Origin: Squalus acanthias
Lineage: Eukaryota
Assembly (NCBI GenBank): GCA_030390025.1
Contig: CM059431.1
Span: 120,468,001 to 120,532,000 of the forward strand
Reading direction: 5' to 3'
DNA length: 64,000 nt
Both the position numbers and the translations under genes were made by a program. This document shows positions 23,102 to 34,340 of the stretch, in pieces (the stretch's first letter is position 1; each line of letters begins with the position of its first letter). The notes beneath the pieces were generated by a model. That model was given only the letters and a program-made list of their open reading frames with translations, made no database searches and was not told the origin of the DNA.

Positions 23102-24255
23102 CTACTTTTTGCCCTTCGAGGGTGATCTCCTTCCCTTGCGCACTTCCCCCCTTCTAACCCTACTGCTCCTCCGTAATGGGACCTCAGTGGCTGCAGCAAG
23201 GCTGGTGGAAGGCTGCTGCTTGTCAGACCCTGACACTGCAGATGCCCCTGAAGGACGGCCTCGACCACTTCTGGGCCTGGAGGGCCCGGCTGCAGACTGC
23301 ACCAACTCTGCATGGGCGGCAGCAGTCTGTCCTACAGGCGGTGGCAAGTGCAGTGGAGAAGTGACAGTGTTGGCAGCAGGAATGCTGTCATCGTGAGAGA
23401 GGACAGCAACTCCCTGCTCGCCCGACACACTGGCACTCCCACGGGGCAGCACTTCAGCATCCGGAGCAATTTGCTGGAGAACAGATTGCTGGCCTGCTGC
23501 GGCGCGGTGACAGCCCCGGGGACATGTGCACGAACCATCGAGGATGGCAGCAGTCAGTGCTCGCGTGGCCTCAATCTGAGTCTGCATGAGAGCAGGCTCA
23601 GATGGGTTCCTGGCAGCCAGTGACTGAATTGCAGCAGTAAGCTTTAGTGTGGCATCCGCCTGTGCTACAGCGAAGTGCTCCACACTCCTTGCCAGTGCCT
23701 CAATGCATTCGGGCACCCTTCCCACTGCACCCATGAGCTCAGTGTGCATGACCACCGCCTGGCTGTTCATTTCTGCAATCAGCCGCTCCTCCTCTGCGTC
23801 CATTGCATTAGGAGTGTCTGGCATGCTCTCCCTCTGGGGAGAAGGCTCCCGTTCTTCCCTCCCCCCCCCATGGCGTTGCTGCAGCCCGCTGGGTCCTGGA
23901 ACTTCACCATCATCAGCCCCTTCCCCCCTGCTCCCCCGTTCTTCCCTCCCCCCCCCATGGCGTTGCTGCAGCCCGCTGGGTCCTGGAACTTCACCATCAT
24001 CAGCCCCTTCCCCCCTGCTCCCCCGTTCTTCCCTCCCCCCCCCATGGCGTTGCTGCAGCCCGCTGGGCCCTGGAACTTCACCATCATCAGCCCCTTCCCC
24101 CCTGCTCCCCTCCGGGGAAGGCGTGTTCCCAGTGTGGCCATGGGCTTCCTCGGGAGAGGGTGGCACTGATGCTCCGGCTTCCTCTTCCTCCTCAGCTGCA
24201 GCATCACTCCCAGTGGCAGCTTCAGGGACCATCTCCTCAGCTGGTGAATCACCAT
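23102..24255 (-). CDS. Myb/SANT partner, exon 3 (acidic/low-complexity region, helical middle, basic C-terminus); spliced product 517 aa
   Basis: CCCTGCTTTCAG acceptor at 24256. The phase-1 join is in frame with ORF 23102..24232. Exon lengths 237+163+1154=1554 nt with no internal stop. Confidence 0.85.
23848..24110. repeat. 87-bp in-frame tandem repeat x3 (29 aa) in partner exon 3
   Basis: GSRGEGADDGEVPGPSGLQQRHGGGREER occurs three times with nearly identical DNA. Confidence 0.95.
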
Positions 24256-24414
24256 CTGAAAGCAGGGAGGTACAAGAGTGGCTTTAGCGTGCGGACAGGG
24301 TGGCAGTAAGGGAGGAATAAGTGCAGCGAGTTAGCAAGTTGGATTGAAAGTGTCAAAGGCTGGTATTGTGAGGGACAAGTGGAAGGACAGAGGACAAAAA
24401 GGTGATGACCTTAC

Positions 24415-24577
24415 CATTGCTGTCCACAACGGGGTCGGCGTCTCCAGTGGCGACGGGACCGATCACCCGGCTTGCCACAATCCTGTGGACGCGCTCCTCC
24501 AGATCGCTGAGGGGTTGCAGCTGAAGCCGCCCTCCACCCATCCGTTGCTGCTGTCTCCGATTATGAGCCAGCTTAGC
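24415..24577 (-). CDS. Myb/SANT partner, exon 2
   Basis: TTTTTCTTGCAG acceptor; AKLAHNRRQQQRMGGG...LSDLEERV; G|GTAAGG donor, phase 1. Confidence 0.85.
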
Positions 24578-24611
24578 CTGCAAGAAAAAGGACAGCATCT
24601 GAGTCAATATA

Positions 24612-24720
24612 CAGCCATGGTCTTGCCTGATGTGCCTCCCATAGGTGAATAGCCCTTACTGTATGCAGCCATGGTCTTGCCTGATGTGCCTCCCATAGGT
24701 GAATAGCCCTTACTGTATGC
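24612..24720. repeat. 54-bp perfect tandem duplication in partner intron 1
   Basis: cagccatggtcttgcctgatgtgcctcccataggtgaatagcccttactgtatg starts at 24612 and again at 24666. Confidence 0.95.
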
Positions 24721-24861
24721 AAAGTGTGGAATGTGTGTGTGTGTTTGATGAAAGGGCCATAGGTGTTGCATGAGTGTTGTGCATTGGGGTTTTAAGACCC
24801 TCTGGCCATAGAGTGAGGTTGAGATGGAGGGATGGAGAGGTATTGAGAAAAAGCCACTCAC

Positions 24862-25098
24862 CCTGACGACCCGAGTGAGGTCGTTGAACTTTTTGCGGCA
24901 CTGGACATGGGTCCTGGGCACCATGCTCCTGGAGGAGACGCTCTGAGCCACCTCCCTCCACACTCTTCTGAACTCGCGTGGCAAAGGCCTCCTGCCACTC
25001 TCCGGGAACAGCATGCATCGTCTGCGCTCCACTGCGTCAACCAGAGCATCCAAGGCCCGCTCGGTGAAGCGATGAGCGCGTTCTCTCACCCTCTCCAT
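24862..25098 (-). CDS. Harbinger Myb/SANT (trihelix) partner protein, exon 1
   Basis: ATG at 25098; MERVRERAHRFTERALDALV...VWREVAQSV...RTHVQCRKKFNDL is a Myb/SANT-like domain. Ends at an AGG|GTGAGT donor, phase 0. Confidence 0.88.
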
Positions 25099-25838
25099 GC
25101 TTGGCAGCAAAATGGATTACAGGTCTCTCCAGGCTGAGATTCAAGGCTGCAATGAGCAGGGTGTGGCTGGGGAGCAAGTGGCCCCCCCCGCTTTAAGAAG
25201 TGTCCGGCGCCAGTGTGTCTGTGTTCCCTCGCTAACTGGCAGCAGCTGCGCTGCGCTCGTGCGCTGAGTTAGCGCCTCACTCCTAGGCCTTTGCGCCTTA
25301 AGAGAGGTGTGCAGCGCCTAATTTAGCGCTCCACTCACCTCCCGGGGCGGTAAAAGTGAAGTTTCCTGTCAGTGCCGATAATTAGCGCCAGGCGCTAATA
25401 TTTGCGCGCGGACGATATTTGCGCCCCAAATGGGGCGCGACCTAATTTCTACCCCTTAGAATTTACTAAATATCAGAATATCAGTTTTACCAATTTAGGT
25501 CACCCTGCAAAATTAAGAAAGGAAACATTACATTTTCTATATCTAAATCAAAAATGATTTCTTTCAAAGTAAAAATAGTGTTATATTTTCATAGCTTGAA
25601 GTAGCGCTCAGAATGTTGATGGTTCCTCTGCTTGATCTTGGACAATGCTGTATAACGTTGCAGGATAACTATAATGGTTGTGCTGTGTCTTGTAACCCAT
25701 TTAATGTGCTAACACAACAGGCATTGATGAAGAACTGAAAATTCAATCTTTGAAGTAACTTTTATTACTCATTGCAGACTTTTGGGCAAATATTTGTACA
25801 TATATTTAAGGCAGGTTTACAAAGAAATGAAGGTTCAT

Positions 25839-27985
25839 GGGGAGAATTTTAACATGGGTGAGCGGGTGGGATTGGGTGTGGGTGGGGGGTTAAGTGGGTA
25901 AAAATTCCGAGCGCGTCGGGAAGCCGGCTCCAACCTGTCGACTTCCGGGTTTTGCTGAGGCGGGACAAGGGGCGGGCAGCCAACCCGCTCCCAGGAGGCG
26001 GGTTGGCATTTTTTTAAAAAGCAGAAAATGCTGGGAATACTCAGCAGGTCAGGCAACATCTGTGGAGAGAGAAACAGAGTTAATGTTGCATGTCGATGAC
26101 CGTTTGTCAGAACTGGAAAAAGTTAGAGATGTAAGAGAGTTTTAAGCAAGTGTGGGGCAGGGAAAGGGGGAGGGAAAGAAAGAACAAATGAGAAGGTCTG
26201 TGATAGGGTGAAAGGCAGGAGAGATTAAAAGACAAAAGGGACGATGGTGCAAGGCTAAAGGAGATAGTAATGGGAAAGTTAAGAAAAGCTAAGTCTAGAT
26301 GAGGTGTAAATGGGAATGGCAGAATCATCAACAGCTGCCATGTGAAAATAAAAATAGGGGCCGAGGTTATGGTCTGAAATTGTTGAACTCGATGTTGAGT
26401 CCAGAAGGCTGTAAAGTGCCTAATCGAAAGATGAGAAGCTGTTCCTCGAGCTTATGTTGAGCTTCATTGGAACAGTGTAGTTCAGCCAGGCGGACGAGGG
26501 TGGTGGTGGATGGGGACTGGTTGGGCCTCTGTTGAAGGAAGAAGTGGAGCGCCCTCAGGCCGTCCTGGTGGGGGATGGAGGTGTAGAGGGATTGGACATC
26601 CATAGTGAAAAGGAGATGTTTGGGGCCAGGGAACTGGAAACTTTTAAAGTGGCGGAGGGCATCGGAAGAGTCGCGGATGTAGGTGGGAAGAGACTGGACA
26701 AGGGGAGAAAAAATAGAGTCGAGATAGGAAGAAATCTGTTCAGTGGGGCAAGCATAGGCTGAAACGATGGGTCTGCCAGTGCAGTCCTGTTTGTGGATCT
26801 TGGGAAGGAGGTAGAAGCGGGCTGTGCGGGGTTGGGGAACTATGAGGTTGGCGGCCATGGAGGGAAGATCTCCAGAGGAGATGAGGTCAGTGACAGTCTT
26901 GGAAACGGTAGCTTGATGTTCGGTAGTGGGGTCATGGTCCAGGGGGAGGTAGGAGGAGGTGTCGGAGAGTTGGCGTTCAGCCTCCGCAAGGTAGAGGTCA
27001 GTTCGCCCAACAACAACATCGCACCCTTGTCAGCAGGTTTAATGACAATGTTGGGTTTGGATCTGAAAGAATGGAGTGCTGCAGGTTCAGAGGGAGGTAA
27101 GTTGGAGTGAGGGAGGGAACAGTGAAATTGAGACGGCCGATGTCATGCCGGCAGTTTGCAATGAGAAGATCTAGAGAGGGTAAGAGGCCACTGCGAGGAG
27201 TCCAGGTAAAACGAGAATTCTGAAAATGGGAAAAAGGGTCAGCTGTGCAGGGGGAAGACACCTGGCCAAAGAAGTGGGCACAGAGATGAAAGCGATGGAA
27301 AAAGAGCTCAGTGCTGTGCCGAGCTCAAAATTCATTGAGATGTGGGCGTAAGGGGAGGAAACTCAGACCTTTGCTGAGGACTGATCGTTCGAGGTCAGAG
27401 AGGGGAAGGTCAGAGGGGATAGTGAAAACACGGCAGGGGGTGAGATTGGAAGGAGGGATGGGGTCAGAGGAAAGTGAAGGGGAAGAAGGTTCCGAAGGGG
27501 TGTTGGTGTCCAGGAGTTGTTGGCATTTTAAATATGCTAATGAGGTTAGAAGCCTCAGATTTAACCTGCTTTGCAGGTTTTACTGAGGCCGGCCGGGTTT
27601 CCTGGACCCCTGGAAACCCGGCAGCTGCAGCGAGGTAAGGACAGCCTCGGAGAGAAGCTAAGTGCCTTCACAGAACTCCTTGTGGGCCAAAAGGAGCAGG
27701 AGTGCTTCCTCCAAGCCCACCAAGCACCCCCACCATCAGATCCCCTCCCCCCATTCAAAGCCCCTGGGATTGGATACCCTCTCCCGAGTTCGGGGATCGA
27801 ACCTACCTGATCCTGTGTTTCTCCCCGATCGACAGAAAGCCAGGCCTGTCAATCAGGCTGACTACCAGGCTGGGAACCTGTTAAAACTCCACAGCATGTG
27901 GTGACCTCCAAGTTTCCCGTCCAAACCTCCGCGCCCACCCCCACCCACTCCCGGCTATGCAACCTGCCCCAGTAAAATCCAACCC
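25839..27985. mobile_element. Harbinger-type non-autonomous element hosting a Penelope-like insertion
   Basis: ggggagaatttt / aaaatccaaccc TIRs with CAT TSD on both sides. Confidence 0.8.
26013..27518 (-). mobile_element. Penelope-like family 2, internally deleted (RT N-terminus fused to the GIY-YIG tail, plus pLTR)
   Basis: FYLLPKIHK..GRPIVS..LFTMDVQSLYTSIPH are PLE RT motifs, followed by EQLLIFRLGTLQPSGLN. TSD gttggcatttt at 26002-26012 and 27519-27529. Confidence 0.88.
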
Positions 27986-28168
27986 CATACTTTTTTGTTT
28001 CCTTTGCAGATAAATGTCATTAACACACACTGCAGGAAAACTAATAGCACCTATCTTTTGGATAAAATTTCCCTGACACAATTTGTGATTTATTCTTTCA
28101 CATTTAAATGGCCTGTACCGTAGATTAAACCCTCATTCACTGATTTAGGGGTAAAGATTAATTATCAA

Positions 28169-29151
28169 GGGGGTTATTTTGGCCAAGGGGTGAAAACAGG
28201 CACTAAGTGGGTGTGGTGCTAACAAAAAATCCCTGTTTGAAAGTCTGGATTTAGCACAGTTTAGCACTGAAGTGCTGATTAGACACAATTTTCATAGTGC
28301 TGTATATGTGGGCTCCTCGCACTCACTCCACTGAAGGTGTGGAGTGCTCTGGCTGGCAAACAGCAGCTCATTGTAGGGTGGCTCAAGAACCGAGGGAGAG
28401 GGTGCACAGGTTATCGGATGCAGCACTGAAGGGCCTGGTGAAGGAGGTGCAGAGGAGGAGGGATGTCCTGTACCTGCAGGGGGAAAGGACGCCACCTTGC
28501 GCTCCTCGCCCTTCTGTCTGTCTCTCCTGCAGCAGCTGGTGCTGTTCTGTCTGGCCTCATTCCTCCTCCCATTCCTCGTCCAGACCAAGGAGGACCCCTA
28601 GCAAGATGCCCATGACCTGGTACTCCATTTGTACTGGTGACTCCTATAAGGTGGAGTAGCACTGCATTCACCCTTTTTAGGTGAAGTCCTCAGAGAATTT
28701 CCAGAATAAATGTCACTTGAGTGTTGGTGAAGTCTTGACAAAGTGTCCCAGAAAGTCTCCCGATCTGTTTCACAGCTACTCTTCACAACTCCAGCAACAA
28801 TGAACATGAAATGGTGAGAATCCCTATAAGTGTTAAGTATGCTTTTAAGTAGCACTTGAAATCAACATCAATGCCGTGTTTGCTCCTAAACAGCTGGCCG
28901 CTGTTAGGAGAGGGAGTTAGTTGAAGCACTCGCCACCAAAATGCCATGCAGCCACTTTAATGAGGCATTTTAAGTGGCAATCAGCTGTTTAACAAGCCTC
29001 CGGATGGCCATTCCGAGCGCTGGCTTCAACTCCATTACCAAGATGGTGTTTTGCGCTAAACTTGGGCTAAACCGGCGTTGCAGCTTAAGACCCTATCTTG
29101 GCCACCTCTTTACCTCTTTAGGGCCTGAATTATTTGGTGAAAATCGCCCCC
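28169..29151 (+). mobile_element. Internally deleted Harbinger retaining the Myb N-terminus
   Basis: gggggttatttt / aaaatcgccccc TIRs with CAA TSD. EPRERVHRLSDAALKGLVKEVQRRRDVLY resembles partner exon 1. Confidence 0.8.
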
Positions 29152-29312
29152 CAATACTATACAATATTACATTAAGAGCCTATAATCTACACCAGATTAA
29201 AAGGTGGGATTGTCATCACATATGCCATCAAGTAGAAGGGACAAACTAGCACAGCAGCCTATCCAAAATAGTTATGGACATATATCTAGACAGAGAAAAC
29301 AAAAAAGTATGA

Positions 29313-29675
29313 AAATAGAATTATATAGAATTTTACAGCACAGAAACAGGCCATTTGGCTCAACAGGTTTATGCCAGTGTTTATGCTCCACACGAACCAT
29401 CTCCCACCCTACTTCATCTTACACTATCAACATGTGCTATTGACCTCAACCACTCCATGAGATAGTGAGTTCTACATTCTCACCACTGTCTGAGTAAAGA
29501 AGTTTCTCTTGAATTCATTATTGGATTTCTTAGTGACTATCTTATATTTATGGCCCCTTGTTTTGGACTCCCCCACAAGTGGAAACATCTTCTCTACGTC
29601 TAGCCTATTGAATGCCTTCCTAATTATAAAGACCTCTATCAGGTGACCTCGCAGTCTTCTCATTTCGAGAGAAAT
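29313..29675 (-). mobile_element. CR1 LINE 3' fragment
   Basis: SLEMRRLRGHLIEVF...ESKTRGHKYK...RNFFTQTVVRM. Confidence 0.85.
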
Positions 29676-29694
29676 ATATGACATATTTATTCAA

Positions 29695-30295
29695 CAATAA
29701 CAACAACATCAACTGTATTTATATAGCGTCTTTACCGTAGTAAAACGTCACAAGGTGCTTCACAGGAGCTTAATCAAACAAAATTGGACACGGAGCCACA
29801 TAAGGAGATATCAGGGCAGATGACCAAAAGCTTGGTCAAAGAGGTAGGTTTTAAGGAGCATCTTAAAGGCAGAAAGAGAGATGGAGAGGTTTAGGGAGGG
29901 AATGAAGACATGGCCAATGGTGGAGCGATTAAAATCAGGGATGCTCAAGAGGCCATATTTGCAGGAGCGCAGATATCTTGGAGGGTTGTGGGGCTGGAGG
30001 AGGTTACAGAGATAGGGAGGGGCGAGGCCATGGAGGGATTTGAAAACAAGGATGAGAATTTTAAAATCAAGGCGTTGCTTAACCGGGAGCCCATGTAAAT
30101 CAGTAAGCGTAGGGGTGATGGGTGAACGGGACTTGTTGCGAATTAGCACACGGGCAGCAGAGTTTTGGATGACCTCAAGTTTACGGAGGATGGAAGATGG
30201 GAGGCCGGCCAGGAGTGTGTTGGAATAGTCAAGTCTAGAGGTAACAAAGGCATGGATGAGGGTTTCAGCAGCAGAGGAGCTGAGGCCGGGGCAGA
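29695..30295 (-). mobile_element. L2 LINE 3' fragment
   Basis: AETLIHAFVTSRLDYSNTLLAG...IQNSAARVL...LHGLPVKQRLDFKIL...APPYL is the L2 ORF2 C-terminus; (GTT)n tail. Confidence 0.9.
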
Positions 30296-30769
30296 GACCC
30301 TTATTTAAGAGATAATTTCTGTATATTTGGGATGATTGATAAAACACAAAATAATTGCATCTTAAAATTATTTTGTCATGCAGTACAATTTTGTAAAATA
30401 CAGAAAATGCATTTTGGATGCCTATGCAATAAAAAAAATGATTCTGCATTTGTTTTTGATTGCCAAACGATGAGAGGCAAAGGGTTAAAAATATGAAACT
30501 AATTCATCAGCAAAACATGAAATTCTATAAGTAGAATTCCTTCTCAGTGAGTGGTTTGAGTGTGTTATCAATTGGAGCATTTAGCAAGACTGATGCAACC
30601 ACATGCTATGTTTCACATGTTGAAAAGCAGCTGTCATTTATTATTAGATACTGAGCCCAATTATGTGGAGGATATTGGGTGATGGAAGTGGACAACCAGG
30701 TCGTAATACAATTGAGGAGTTTAGGTGACACCAGAAGCTACAGGAGAGAAGAGTCAACAACTTGGCATC

Positions 30770-31010
30770 TGAAATGTGGAAACTGGTAGTGGAAATCTGG
30801 AACTCGCTCCCCCATGAAGCTGTGGATGCTGGGGGGTCGATTGAATATTTCAAAAATGAGTTTGATAGGTTTTAGTTAGGCAAGAATATCAAGGGTTATG
30901 GTCCAAGACAGGTAGATGGAGTTAAGATCAGCCATTATCTAATTGAATGGCGTAACAGGCTCAAGGAGCTGAATAGCCTATTCATGTTACTATATTCCTA
31001 TTTTCCTATG
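30770..31010 (+). mobile_element. CR1 3' fragment
   Basis: gtagtggaaatctggaactcgctcccc... (VVEIWNSLP) followed by the 3' UTR. Confidence 0.75.
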
Positions 31011-31730
31011 AAATTCAAGACTGAATTCCTGCCTATAATCTTTTGCCTGCCAGCTACAACTTTTTAAATATATAAATTTGCTTTTTTAGTCTCTGTCATG
31101 ATCTCAGTTTTCCGCTGTCACTGGGTGATGTAAACTTACAAGGTGCTTCATAGAATATCAGATCTATGCAATGATGTGGCATGTGACATTGGGCTGGTGA
31201 TGTAAAATAATACAAAATGTCACCAAATATTGAACTTTTTTGGACGGGGATCTGCAATTAAATTCACATTCACCATATAATAGCAGGTTATTTTTCTTTC
31301 CAATTAGTTGCAACTAGAAGTGTAATACAGTTCCATTGTATTTTCACATTAGTTGCACAGTTAATACAATGGTGTACAAATTGGTAGGTGTTGCACCCAT
31401 ATTTTGGTCGTAAAACATCCCAATTTAGCCGTGGTACAGCCTGGGCCCAACCTGTACTGCGCCCTTCATTTCCTTCACAAATCTCCGAAGAACTTTGATG
31501 GCAGAATGGATGTTCAGTTATGATGATTTAAGCACCGGGAAAAGGAAGGAAATAAAACACTTGAGAGTCTGCTTTTCGTCAAATCTGACAATTACAGCTT
31601 CTGACACGTGCCTGTTGAGTTGAATAACATTTCGAAAAGGATCCGTGTGGCTGATTTGATCATCTTGATTGGGCATAATAGGTCACATCCCTTAAGTTCG
31701 ACTTTTTTTCATAATGTTGTAAGATATTTA

Positions 31731-31924
31731 GGGGGAAAAATTTGGTTGCTTTGCGCCTCCCGTTAGCGCCCTAAGAGGGCGCTAACGGGGCGCAATGCAA
31801 CTAGCGCCCGGGCGCAGCGCCGCCAACACTTCCCTCTTGGGGTGCTACCACTCAATTTCGGCTGCGGGGGCGCTGCCCCGGCGAAGTTAGCGCCCCAAAG
31901 GGGGCGCAACTCAATTTCTCCCCC
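31731..31924 (+). mobile_element. 194-bp Harbinger MITE cognate to the 21135-25455 element
   Basis: TTA TSD at 31728-31730 and 31925-31927. Left end shares ttgcgcctcccgttagcgcc...gggcgctaa.ggggcg and right end shares gcgccccaaa.ggggcgc.ac..aatttct.cccc with the autonomous element. Confidence 0.92.
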
Positions 31925-32409
31925 TTAAGATCAAACTTTTCCCACCCTATCCAAAAGTTTTTCAGAAAGCTCTTGGAAGCGTTAGAAAGCTGTAAAGGAC
32001 TTCCAAAGCAGATCTTTGAAAGCGGAGAGAATGTTTAATAATGGAAGTTGAAAGGTTTAAGAATAGTTAAGCGTTTAGACAAAATAAAAAGAAGGCTGCA
32101 AAGTATGTCACAGCAGATAATGTAACAGTTTGAGTTTCTAAGCACAGAAAGAAGGTACAGTATAACTATACAGGGAATTATACTAACTACAAGGTTAACT
32201 AAAGCAAGAAAAAGGAGAAAGAAGACTGAAGACTTGCCCAATGCTACAGCAGCCAACCTACTATAAAAGGGGAGTTTTATGTCTTCTATTTATGTCACAA
32301 AGGGACAGCTGTAACATTGGAAATTACCAAGTAATATTTTGAATACAGACTAAAAGAATAACCTCCTAAACCAAATTGGGAATCTTGGACATCAGGTGTA
32401 ACTTTGCCT

Positions 32410-32775
32410 CAATCTTACAATTCTCATCCTTGTGTTTAAAACCTTCCATGGCCATGCCACTTCCCTATCTCTGTAACCTGCTCCAGCCCTCATAGAAATC
32501 TGCTTTCGCCAAATCTGGCCTCACGTATCCATACTTCCTTCATCCCATCACTGGCAGCTGTGTCTTCAGCCGTCTAGGCCTTAAGCTCTGGAATTCCCTT
32601 CCTAATACTCTCTGCCTCGACACCTCTGTCTCTTCCTTTAAGGTGCTCCTTAAAACCCACCTGTCCTAATGTCTCCTTCTTTGGCTTGGTGTCAATTTTT
32701 GTCTGATTACATTCCTGTAATGTGCCTTCAGACATTTTACTATGGTAAAGGCGCTATCTAAATGCAAGTAGTTGT
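32410..32775 (+). mobile_element. L2 3' fragment
   Basis: Similar to 29695-30070; ends aaggcgctatctaaatgcaagtagttgtt. Confidence 0.8.
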
Positions 32776-33534
32776 TATACAGTTACTAAGCAAAATTCAG
32801 TTAATGCTGAGACACTATGATATCTTTTTTGCCTATGATGATTAAGATTTCTTTAATTAATTTAAATTATCTGTTAACTTTATTGTAATCATCAATAATT
32901 AACCTTGTGGCGGTACTCATCATGTACTCATAGATGTTGTAAAATAGTATTAGTTGGTATTTTGGTGCCTGACTCACTCTTTGATGATTCTGGTGAAGTA
33001 AGAATGAAGTTGTATTGTAATCAGTGTTACAGTGTGGTCCTGCCATGTACAGACCAGGCTTTGTGGGATAATCCAAAGAAAAATTAATTTAGACATCTTA
33101 GACAAACCCTAGACATGAACAGAAAATCCCAATCTAGTTTTCTGGAGTATGTGTGTGTGAGGAAAGATAAATTCTTCATCTGATATCTTTCAACCAATCT
33201 AGGTTACATATTGGAACTTCTGGTACAACGGGGGTGAAATTGGTTTTCGCCAGTAACACAAACACCCTCATAGTGAATCGGAAACCTGTTTTACACCATG
33301 CTCAGTTTTCTGATTGCACACCTCTTGTTACTTTTGCTATGTGCTCTATAAATTTTAGAAAATGAAAGCAGGAGAGAGGGTGCGGGGTAAAAGAATGGCT
33401 CTTTCTTCCTGCAATGTTACTTCGATTCTCAAAAAGAAATCACCAGTTGAATTTTGCAGGGAACTGTTTACCTCACATTTGTTGTGTTGACAGTTAGAAA
33501 AACCCAGTGGGAATGGTTAATAACTGTGAGACTT

Positions 33535-34172
33535 AAGCCAGAATTTTGATGTTTAGGCCCATTGGGAGCGGTCCCCACACACTGTGGAATTTTAACTCCA
33601 CAGCGTGCGTGTGACGTCACCGGCAGGTTCCCCGCCCGGACATCAGCCTGATTGACAGGCTGGCTTCCAGTTGGGTGGGGAACGCTGGACAAGAGGCCGC
33701 AACCCCAAGTAGGTGCGAGCCCCGATCCCGAGGAGGGGTGGGGGGGTCCGATCCCGGGGGGGGTCGGTGGGGGGGTCCAATTCCCTTGGGGGGGTTTGTG
33801 ATCACTGGCAGGGTGGGGTGGGGGGGGGGGGAGCTGTGAGGCACTCCTGCTCCTTCCGGCCAACAAGGATTGCTCTCCGTGGCTGTCCTTGTCTCGCTGC
33901 AGCTGCCGGCAATCCCAAGGCCCGGGATTCCCGGCTGGCCACAGTCAAACCTGCACAGCAGGTTAAATCCGAGGCTTCCAGCCTCATTATAATATTTAAA
34001 GTGCCAACCCGCCTCCTGGGAGCAGGTTGGCTGCCCGCCTCCCCGTCCTGCCTCCGTTAAACCCGGAAGTGAGCAGGTTGGAGGTGCATTGGAGTATCGG
34101 GAGTCACAATTTTAATAATTTTGTCTCCCACATGACCCCAACCCACCCGTTTTTGGGGATAAAATTTCCCCT
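33535..34172. mobile_element. Harbinger-type non-autonomous element (related to 25839-27985, opposite orientation)
   Basis: aagccagaatttt / aaaatttcccc ends; shared cagcctgattgacaggctgg and ccaacccgcctcctgggagc motifs. Confidence 0.7.
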
Positions 34173-34340
34173 ATAAATTCTAATTTCTAACACCAATGAG
34201 ACAAAGGTAGAGAGAGACAGAAAGAAAGACACAAATAAAGAGGAGGACAGAAACGCTCTTTTTTCATCTTTCTCATTTGAGTTTTTTTAAGTTGAGTTTT
34301 GAAGGCAAACAAAACTTCTTTGAGGGAGTGTAGAAAGGTC

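Larger units (their letters stand above)
21135..25455 (+). mobile_element. Full-length, apparently intact autonomous PIF/Harbinger DNA transposon (4321 bp)
   Basis: Left end GGGGTAAAAATT and right end reverse complement GGGGTAGAAATT match at 11/12. TTA duplicated at 21132-21134 and 25456-25458, the canonical Harbinger TWA TSD. Contains convergent transposase and Myb/SANT genes. Confidence 0.95.

Noticed and set aside
21977..24287. Long antisense ORFs (21977..22783, 23649..24287 and others)
   Set aside because: Shadow frames of GC-rich real CDSs and tandem repeats.
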